Of a DNA stretch of 64,000 nt, positions 29,266 to 37,765 are shown one piece after another; position 1 is the stretch's first letter, and each line of letters begins with the position of its first letter. The position numbers were made by a program, and so were the translations under genes. Below the pieces are notes generated by a model. The model was not told the DNA's origin. It saw only the letters and a program-made list of their open reading frames with translations, and ran no database searches. The stretch spans positions 175,150,001 to 175,214,000 of the forward strand of contig OZ024741.1 of NCBI GenBank assembly GCA_964016885.1, read 5' to 3'. Source of the DNA: Eledone cirrhosa (lineage: Eukaryota).

Positions 29266-30561
29266 GTAAATATATTACATTTTTTTAGTCACTTTACGGA
29301 TATAAACAACGGGAGTAACTTTCGTTGGGTTTCACCGGGCGAAATTAATTCAGTGGCGAAATTAATTCAGTAACCCAAGACGAAATGTAAAAACCTCAAC
29401 TCAATTTCATTTCTATTGCACCCACATTTATAGCGTCCGAGATTTCAGGAACAGACAGGCCTTGAGTACTCACAGGTGTGCATGAATGTGCAAGAACGCA
29501 GACATATGCAGGTCTCTGCGTTATTGCACCCCAAACTTAACTCATGTGATTTTATCACAGAACATTCAGACTTAAAAAAAGTTTGTCAGTTCCAAGAAAG
29601 TCTGAAAAAATTTCCAAGCCCACTGAAATTTCTCCGGGCCCACACAAAATTGTCCCGGGCCCACTGAGTGGGCCCTTGGCCCACCGTTGAGAACCACTAG
29701 TTTACATCTATATAACAAGACATCAGAGATTGTAACAGTTAAAAGTTCATTATTTACATCTATATAACAAGACATCATAGATTGTAACAGTTAAAAGTTG
29801 AGAGGCACAGATTTATGAGGCAATAATGGTTCTGACTATGTGCATCGTCTACCTCCACTGATTTCATTTCCCTGTTTTCCTGTCGTTTGAAAGCCCCAGA
29901 ATGGAAGGTATAAATCCAAATTGGCACTGTTGTAGGTGAAGTGTGACATATCAAATTTATTGGAGTGAAAAAAAATACACCAGGAAAGATTATGGCTTTG
30001 TTATACGACCATATCCTTCATGATTTGGACGAATAACGTCTGGAATAATGTGACCCCCCCCCCCCCCCCCAAAAAAAAAGAAAAAGAAAAAACAACAACA
30101 AACAAACAACAACAACAACAAAAAAATAAAAAAAAACGAAACAAACAAAGAAAATGTCGAGTCATTCCGGTTCTGAATCGATTTCAGAACCGGAAGAGGT
30201 GTGAACTACGCCGGGAAGAAATATTCAGATTCTCAATAGCGGTTATTTTTACTTTAAAGCGGTTATTTTTACTTTACAGATAAAATATAATATAATCGGA
30301 AAAAATGAAACGAAATTTCATTTCTCACTCTTAGTACGGCTGTTACTTAACTATAAGTATGTATACGTACATACATATATGTATACGGACATACAGTAGT
30401 ATGTATATATATATATATACATACATGCACACATATATATATGTACGTATGGATTCACCGAACATTTATTATAATGCTCGGTGTGTTTGTAAACAAACAT
30501 CCCAAATTAAGCCGTACAGTGTCCAGCAACCATCGTTCATTTGTTCAACACTGACAAAGGA

Positions 30562-30604
30562 ACGCTGTACTAGTTTCAAGCTTATTAGCTATCGTCAGCA
30601 ACGT
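30562..30604 (-). ncRNA. Minimal type-I hammerhead ribozyme motif (family 1, copy A)
   Basis: Minus strand: acgttg-CTGACGA-t-agct-aata-agct-t-GAAA-ctag-TA-cagcgt. Stems I and II, palindromic stem III, GUA cleavage triplet. Confidence 0.8.
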
Positions 30605-30913
30605 ATACCTTCATGCCAGATGATTGAACGTCTGTAAGTATATACTTTCTTTATGCATATTAACGGCTGAGCAGCCTAATTTGCATATCGAGTGAATTAA
30701 TCGGCCGGGGTTCCGAAAACGATAAACGGAAAAAATGAAACGAAATTTCATTTCTCATTCTTAGTACGGCTGTTACTTAAATATAAGTATGTATACGTAC
30801 ATACATATACGTATACAGACGTACAGTAGTATGTATATATATATACATACATGCACACATATATATATGTACGTATGGACGTTCAGACTTTCAATCATCT
30901 GGCAGGAAGGTAT

Positions 30914-30956
30914 ACGTTGCTGACGATAGCTAATAAGCTTGAAACTAGTACAGCGT
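30914..30956 (+). ncRNA. Minimal type-I hammerhead ribozyme motif (family 1, copy B)
   Basis: acgttgCTGACGAtagctaataagcttGAAActagTAcagcgt, intact core. Confidence 0.8.
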
Positions 30957-31114
30957 TCCTTTGTCAGTGTTGAACAAATGAGCAACGATAGTTGCTGGAC
31001 ACTGTACGGCTTAATTCGGGATGTTTGTTTACAAACACACCGAGCATTATAATAAATGTTCGGTGAATCCATACGTACATATATATATGTGTGCATGTAT
31101 GTATATATATATAT

Positions 31115-31724
31115 GTCAGGTTAGCAGTTGGTGCTACTGGTAACATGTATCCCAGTACAACCTGTCTCATGGTCGGGTCGTTGGCGACTAAACTGGCAAC
31201 CCCACCAAGGTTTCTTGGTGAGGAGGGTGACTTTGGACATCCTGCAGGACTAAAAACAAAACCTGTCAAAGGGCAAAGGAGCTCTTAAGAGTCAATGGCC
31301 ATCCAAAATCACCGGGAGAGATGACCCCTTAGCCTTTGTCAAGGCAGAATTCTAGGAGAAGGAAAACTCTGATATAACACCTGCAACTCTGATGGTATCC
31401 AATGATGTTGACTTGTTCTTCTTTTTGGTAAATATCATCTTGGTTAAGAGAGTGGGACTGGCTTTGTGCAGTGCCTTTGCTCACTATAAAAGCTTCACGG
31501 CACAGGCATTTTTTTTATATCTGGAGATCTCTCTGCACTTGTCATCACATGGTATCATGGGCCCAGCACTATGTGTCAATATTTGTCACAAGTGTAGTGT
31601 TTGTACCAGAGTTTTCAAGTCGCTGGCTGGACTAAAAAGTCACACTCGTTCAGCGCATTGGTAGGAGTTCTCCTACATGGATATAAAGTAGTGGCCGTAC
31701 TCGAAAACGAGTTGGCAGCCACCA
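31115..31724 (+). mobile_element. Internally deleted non-autonomous RTE-like retroposon inserted in a TA tract
   Basis: 5'-UTR-like ...aggagaaggaaaactctga, fused to a C-terminal C2H2-like remnant CSVCTRVFKSLAGLKSHTRS and a 3' tail ggccgtactcgaaaacgagttggcagccacca; second copy at 35894-36450. Confidence 0.65.
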
Positions 31725-31959
31725 TATATACATACTACTGTACATCCGTATACATATATGTATATACATATACATACTTATATTTAAGTAACAGCCGTAC
31801 TAAGAGTGAGAAATGGAATTTCGTTTCATTTTTTCCGTTTATCGTTTTCGGTACCCCGGACGATTAACTCACTCGATATGCAAATTAGGCTGCTCAGCCG
31901 TTAATATGCATAAGGAAAGTATATACTTTCAGACGTTCAATCATCTGGCAGGAAGGTAT

Positions 31960-32002
31960 ACGTTGCTGACAATAGCTAATAAGCTTGAAACTAGTACAGC
32001 GT
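31960..32002 (+). ncRNA. Hammerhead motif family 1, copy C, core mutated (CTGACAA)
   Basis: Identical to copy B except G8>A at a CpG. Confidence 0.65.
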
Positions 32003-32382
32003 TCCTTTGTGAGTGTTGAATAAATGAGCAACGATGGTTGCTGGACACTGTACGGCTTAATTCGGGATGTTTGTTTACAAACACACCGAGCATTATAATA
32101 AATGTTCGGTGAATCCATACGTACATATATATATATGTGTGTGCATGTATGTTTATATATATACACACTACTGTACGTCCGTATACATATATGTATGTAC
32201 GTATACATACTTATATAATATAATAATAAACGTATAATAAAATAAATATGGTTTTATAAAGATATTTTCCATTTATTAATATTCTTAATATTAATGATAC
32301 TCCAGATAAAATACTGTGGAGTGCTTCTAATCTGTTGTAGAATTAACTTTGTTGAATAATCAACAAACCATATAACTCATTG

Positions 32383-32475
<93 letters not shown>

Positions 32476-32699
32476 ATATAGGTATTTTTTCCCAATCTTC
32501 CACTCTTCGAACTTCTTCTTTCCCGATGAAGGTATAACCTCCGATACGTTGAAACATTTATTTATCGTCATTCCCAAGCGTGAAACTAATGAGATTTTGT
32601 GTGTTCGTCGTGTTATTCTTGAACTCATATATGTGTGCGTGTGTGTGTGTGTGTATGCTTGCGTTTGCATATGTGTGTGCATATATATATATATATATA

Positions 32700-32902
32700 G
32701 TTTTAATATAGATGAGATTCTACAGGACTAGAACTGTTTCATTCTTTAGAAATCATGAGGAATCATGAGATTCCTGATGATTTCTAAAGAATGAAACAGT
32801 TCTAGTCCTGTAGAATCTCATCTATATTAAAACTTTTATACTCTGCAATGTATTGAGTACCTTACTCACTGTGGTTACCTCCAATTCAACCCGGAATAAC
32901 GT
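32700..32902. mobile_element. TA-embedded fold-back repeat (family 2) with back-to-back hammerheads; related copy at 62890-63080
   Basis: ttttaatatagatgagattctacaggactagaactgtttc... is mirrored at 32765-32832; shared tail gagtaccttac...ccggaataac. Confidence 0.8.
32765..32821 (+). ncRNA. Type-I hammerhead ribozyme motif (family 2)
   Basis: atgagattc-CTGATGA-t-ttc-taaa-gaa-t-GAAA-cag-ttctagtc-ctg-TA-gaatctcat: 9-bp stem I, stem III cag/ctg with ctag in the loop, GUA triplet. Confidence 0.85.
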
Positions 32903-32953
<51 letters not shown>

Positions 32954-33100
32954 TAGGTGATTCAGTGATTTACTGGTGTTGGTATCAAAGCAAGCACTCT
33001 GTGCGCAGGCAGAGTGTATATATTAGAAGAAAAAAAACGATGCTTATATATACACCCATCATTTCACAAACCAAAACAAAACTATATTTTTTGTCACATC

Positions 33101-33190
33101 GCCAGTCTGAAGAGCAGATCGATAGTGGGGTCGGGTCCATAACTCCCATGGTTGACCTTGAACCAATCCTCTGCGAAACGCGCGTAATAG
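33101..33190 (+). ncRNA. Hammerhead-like core with long stem II; stem I poor
   Basis: CTGAAGA(33107)-gcaga...tctgc-GAAA(33175)-cgcgcg-TA; the flanks do not pair convincingly. Confidence 0.5.
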
Positions 33191-33249
33191 ATCGGTACAC
33201 AATAAATATCTTATTCATGTAAATGCAGCTTCTTTTTTCTAATATATAT

Positions 33250-33447
33250 AAACAAAGAAAGTGCGGTAAGAAATCAGGTCGACCATAACGCACCAGAGTA
33301 CTCGATACATAGGGTAGTAGAGTGGGTAATATGAAAAGAGTGAGGACCCGACGGCTGAGCACCGGCCGTTTCGACAGCCAGATCCTAACAGTTCGGATCT
33401 AGCTGTCGAAACGGCCGGAGCTCAGCCGTCGGGGTCTTGACTATTTT

Positions 33448-33452
<5 letters not shown>
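33250..33452. repeat. TA-embedded GC-rich fold-back repeat; second copy at 60440-60617
   Basis: Arms gacccgacggctgagcaccggccgtttcgacagccagatcc / ggatctagctgtcgaaacggccggagctcagccgtcggggtc; both copies share the aaacaaagaaagtg...gaccataacg flank. Confidence 0.8.
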
Positions 33453-33510
<58 letters not shown>

Positions 33511-33514
<4 letters not shown>

Positions 33515-34801
33515 CAATAACCGAGATAGTTTAAAGCTAAACTCTGACTGGTAACCATCTCACTCAACAAACATTAGGTTATATTAAAATATAAACCCAA
33601 TTTAAGTGTTTGGGGTGCTAACAAAGTGTATAATGTGGAATAACCAGTTGTATTATTTTATGAGATATAATTAAAGTTAAAGTATATCTCTCTTTCCAAA
33701 CAATTGTTTCATTATAAGTTTTCTACAAGTTTGGGAGAATGTTTCCAGTTTATGTAGAAGCCTAATATATATTCATGTAAGAATATATTTAGGTGGGCAC
33801 TTATAAATCGTCAGTGGAAGCCCATTAAACATTGATATAAGAAAACAATTTCTTACCGCTGTCAAAAATCATGTCCGTAAAGTAGCTCTCTCTCACCTCG
33901 AATGACCGCCAAATTTGAAATTCCAGCAGTTTTTGACTGAGGAAGTATCATAGCGACACGAAGCGGGAAGGGGAGACAACCCACGAAATGAGGAAAAAAA
34001 TAATATACACGCGGGTTAATTAGTTTTTTTTGAAAACATTATCAATCCGACGTGTTTAAGAACTCAATTGAAAATAAAAAAATAAATATATGCTTGTATA
34101 AATTACACACGCATATAGATATTTTCTTAGGCTAAATCAGAAGTTGTACCCGAATAAGAACCGCTTCTCATAACCGCAGTAAATGCAGAAAGTTATGCTA
34201 TAAAGGGCAAATGGGAATATAATTCTCCGGCCGAAATATTAAGAGTAAAATATAAAGCACACGCGGGTTAATTAGTTATTACAAAACCAATATTAGTTCC
34301 TCGTGTAAAGAACTCAATTAATAAAAGAAAATAAATACACATATGCATGTAATTATATACGTAGGCATATATATATATTTTCCTAAGCTAAAAAACAGAG
34401 AAGTTACAACCAAAAAAAGCCACAATATTTCACAACAGTAATAAATACGGAAAGTCAAATTCATAAGGTACCTGGAAATAAACACCTCTGGCCAATCAAG
34501 AGTAAATATTTAATACAATAACAGAGATAGTTTAAAGCTAAACTCTGACTGGTAACCATCTCACTCAACAAACATTAAGTTATATTAAAATATAAACCCA
34601 ATTTAAGTGTTTGGGGTGCTAACAAAATGTATAATGTGGAAAAACCAGTTGTATTATTTTATGAGATATAATTAAAGTTAAAGTATATCTCTCTTTCCAA
34701 ACAATTGTTTCATTATAAGTTTTCTACAAGTTTGGGAGAATGTTTCCAGTTTATGTAGAAGCCTAATATATATTCATGTAAGAATATATTTAGGTGGGCA
34801 C
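33511..34801. mobile_element. Element with 290-bp direct repeats 1001 bp apart (pLTR-like partial tandem)
   Basis: 33511-33800 is nearly identical to 34512-34801; internal ~250-bp diverged duplication (acacgcgggttaattagtt twice); adjacent to (TA)n. Confidence 0.7.
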
Positions 34802-35029
34802 AGATTTTGAGTATATGTTGGTTGTATACCAACACCTCAGTATGCAGGCTGGAGCACTCGACGAAGTGCGCAGGTTGGTTTGTTATTTCACTGAGGAACT
34901 GGAATCATATATATATGATTCCAGTTCCTCAGTGAAATAACAACCCAACCAGGAACTGAGCATATCAGAGTATTGACAGAATTATACACCTCAACAACAT
35001 ATGTACTTGTCTATACCACACTAATTCGG

Positions 35030-35084
35030 ACTGCTTGAAGAGGTCACAGCCAAAGATGGCTGTCACCGAAATATATATAGCAGT
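35030..35084 (+). ncRNA. Hammerhead-like motif with C3>U
   Basis: actgc-TTGAAGA-ggt.acagcca-aaga-tggctgt.acc-GAAA-tatata-TA-gcagt, followed by aataaa. Confidence 0.6.
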
Positions 35085-35893
35085 AATAAACGAAGCTAAA
35101 TTTTAAACATTTGACTTTTTATTTTACTTTATTTTTATATATATATAAAATATTCCTTTTTTTGTTTATTCCTTCGACGCACATTTCCTATCTGTTCACC
35201 GAGGAAACTCCATTGTTGCCGTGAAAAGGTCAATGGAAATTTTGACACGCCAAGAAATAATAGGAAAGTGAATATAACAGATGTGTTTTAAATAATTGGC
35301 TGGCCTTTCCACAATGTAACTACAATGTTTTATCCGTTTTTCTTGAACTTTTAGAGCCCAGAGTCTTTTACAAAAATTACATTGGTTGAGAGAAAGATTT
35401 AATGAATGCGACAGCAGTTGATATTTCTGTGTCTCTTTTAATATATATTTCCTATATATTTTGATATTACTATCTTTTTTAATATATTTTCCTATATTTC
35501 TTTCGTGGTCTAACTATAATTTTTGAAAACGAAAAATAAATGAAACCGCCTTTAAAAAAAAACAAAAAAAAAAAACACTCGAAGGAATCAAAACAAAACA
35601 AAAAATATAATAAAATTGTTTTATTAAAATTAAATTGTTAGTACTTTCAAATTACAAATGCCACTTTAATGCGACTTATGTTTAGCCAGATGAACTTTAT
35701 GCAATAGATATTGAATACGTTAGCTTAAAGTAAGTTGCTTCAACGCAAGCTTTTCTTTTACTATAAAAATAATCAAAAAAGTTGGGCATAAGCCCCTAAC
35801 ACAATTCATAATTTGCTCAACGCTTCGTAAATACAACTGATTCTGTGTACATACATACATACTCATACATACATACACACATACATACATACA

Positions 35894-36450
35894 TGGTGGC
35901 TGCCAACTCGTTTTCGAGTACGGCCACTACTTTATATCCATGTAGGAGAACCCCTACCGATACGCTGAACGAGTGTGACTTTTTCGTCCAGCCAGCGACT
36001 TGAAAACTCTAGTACAAACACTACATTTGTGACAATTATTGACACATAGTGCTGGGCCAATGGTACCATGTGACGACAAGTGCAGAGAGATCTCCAAATA
36101 TAAAGCAATGCCTGTGCCGTGAAGCTTTTATAGTGAGCAAAGGCACTGCACAAAGCCAGTCCCACTCTCTTAACCAAGATGATATTTACCAAAAAGAAGA
36201 ACAAGTCAACATCATTGGATACCATCAGGGTTGCAGGTGTTATATCGGGTCGTTGACGACTAAACTGGCAACTCCACCAAGGTTTCTTGGTGAGGAGGGT
36301 GACTTTGGACATCCTGCAGCACTAAAAACAAAACCTGTCAAAGGGCAAAGGAGCTCTTAAGAGTCAATGGCCATCCAAAATCACCGGGAGAGATGACCCC
36401 TTAGCCTTTGTCAAGGCAGAATTCCAGGAGAAGGAAAACTCTGATATAAC
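35894..36450 (-). mobile_element. RTE-like non-autonomous element with 5' inversion
   Basis: 35894-36246 is the reverse complement of the 3' half of 31115-31724; 36247-36450 is its 5' half in the opposite orientation. Confidence 0.75.
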
Positions 36451-36566
36451 ATACACACATACATACATACACACATACATACATACATGATGGCTGCCCC
36501 CTCGTTATCGAATATGGCCATTGCACGATATAACATTATTAATAATTATTAATTAATTCTATCGTG

Positions 36567-36745
36567 GATTAGCAGTATCAGTAGAGCGTCGGACGCCATG
36601 CTTTGAATCATAGAGTTACCTCCCTTTATGATCTGAGTTCAAATCCCGCCGAGGTTGACTTTGCCTTTCATCCTTACAGGGTCGATAAAATAAAGTACCA
36701 GTAATGCACTGGGTAATTGCTGACCTTGTGCCAAAAGTAGAAACA
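36567..36745 (+). mobile_element. SINE family A with 19-bp TSD
   Basis: TSD attaattaattctatcgtg at 36548-36566 and 36746-36764. Confidence 0.9.
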
Positions 36746-37129
36746 ATTAATTAATTCTATCGTGCAATGCCTGTGCGTGAAGATATTTTTTTACATACAT
36801 ACATACATACATACATAAAGGTAAACACATAACAATACAATCGGTACAGCATATGGAAGGAATATATTAGGTTAACGCTTGATATAGCAGGAAGAAGGTC
36901 TCTTCGTTTCGGACACTAGTCCTTCATCAGAAGAAAGAATGAGAAATTAGATATTACTAAAGATTTCAGGACCCTAGACAATATTAACATAGGTCTAATT
37001 CACTCAACTTTCTAATTAAATATATATATATATATAACACATGCGCAAACTAAGCACACAACACACACAAAAACAAGATGGCGTAGGACAGAACAAAGGA
37101 GAGGCACAGAACAAAGAGAAGAATCCCCA

Positions 37130-37172
37130 GTCACTGAAGAGGTTATAGAATGTGTGACGAAAGAACTTTGAC
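37130..37172 (+). ncRNA. Hammerhead-like motif in a TA-flanked repeat (37035-37330); partial inverted copy at ~54770-54945
   Basis: gtca-CTGAAGA-g-gttata-gaatg-tgtgac-GAAA-gaac-TT-tgac; the 54.9-kb copy reads GAAAgaacTAtgact. Confidence 0.5.
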
Positions 37173-37324
37173 AATATATGAACAACCGTCTGGTTGTGGA
37201 ACCAACCAACCAACCAACCGGAAATTTATAAATTCTTAAATTTATAAATTTAATTTATAATAAATTGGAGTGAAAGCAACTGGTGCGTGTGTTTCTTATT
37301 GGCAACATGACCCTCCCAAAGTAT

Positions 37325-37356
<32 letters not shown>

Positions 37357-37765
37357 TAACTAGAGATTGATTAACATATATATAAACATGAATAATCACA
37401 GGAGATAATTTTTACAAGTGTGTAACCACACATAGCTAGGTAGGTAACTAAATAAAGTTGACCAGAACTTCAAAAATAGATACCTTATAATATGATTAAT
37501 CTTCCCTGTATATATTCCATTAAATAAATATATATATATATATATATATATTTATTTATTTACCATAAAGGCATAAAAAGAAGGGACAAATACAAAGGGG
37601 GAGTTTACATAAAACCGAGTAAAAAGGGTATAAAATGAAAATAATCGAAAACAACCTCAAAAGGGAGGGGACGTGATGGGGGTTGCACACACCCCCGAAA
37701 AAGTGTGCAATCCTTTGCCTGGGGAGCACATGGAGAGGGTGCTCCCCTCTCCTTCACTTCTTTAC

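Larger units (their letters stand above)
28547..29699 (-). mobile_element. Non-autonomous hAT (Charlie/Buster-type) DNA transposon inserted in the satellite
   Basis: TIRs cagtgtttctcaac / gttgagaaccacta; perfect 8-bp TSD gtttacat (28539-28546, 29700-29707) fitting NTNTANAN; internal transposase remnant. Confidence 0.92.
14894..29798. repeat. 50-bp satellite array 2 with ~2.5-kb and ~0.8-kb higher-order repeats
   Basis: Same monomer. Diagnostic variant catgatagatgg at 16238, 18752 and 21317; a 796-bp block is repeated at 23581/24377. Confidence 0.98.
30295..32215. mobile_element. Non-coding ~430-440-bp tandem/inverted repeat family carrying hammerhead motifs (retrozyme/Penelope pLTR-like)
   Basis: cggaaaaaatgaaacg recurs at ~30297 and ~30727; orientation flips at ~30880; the inverted array is interrupted at 31115-31724. 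Another copy lies at ~51510-51902. Confidence 0.75.

Noticed and set aside
5520-29798. Regular 50-bp array as a CRISPR array
   Set aside because: No unique spacers, the whole unit repeats, there are no cas genes, and the context is eukaryotic.
30359-32208. Recurrent MDSPNIYYNARCVCKQ ORFs as a small gene family
   Set aside because: Starts arise in TA/CATA tracts and the frame differs between copies; they run antisense to the hammerhead.
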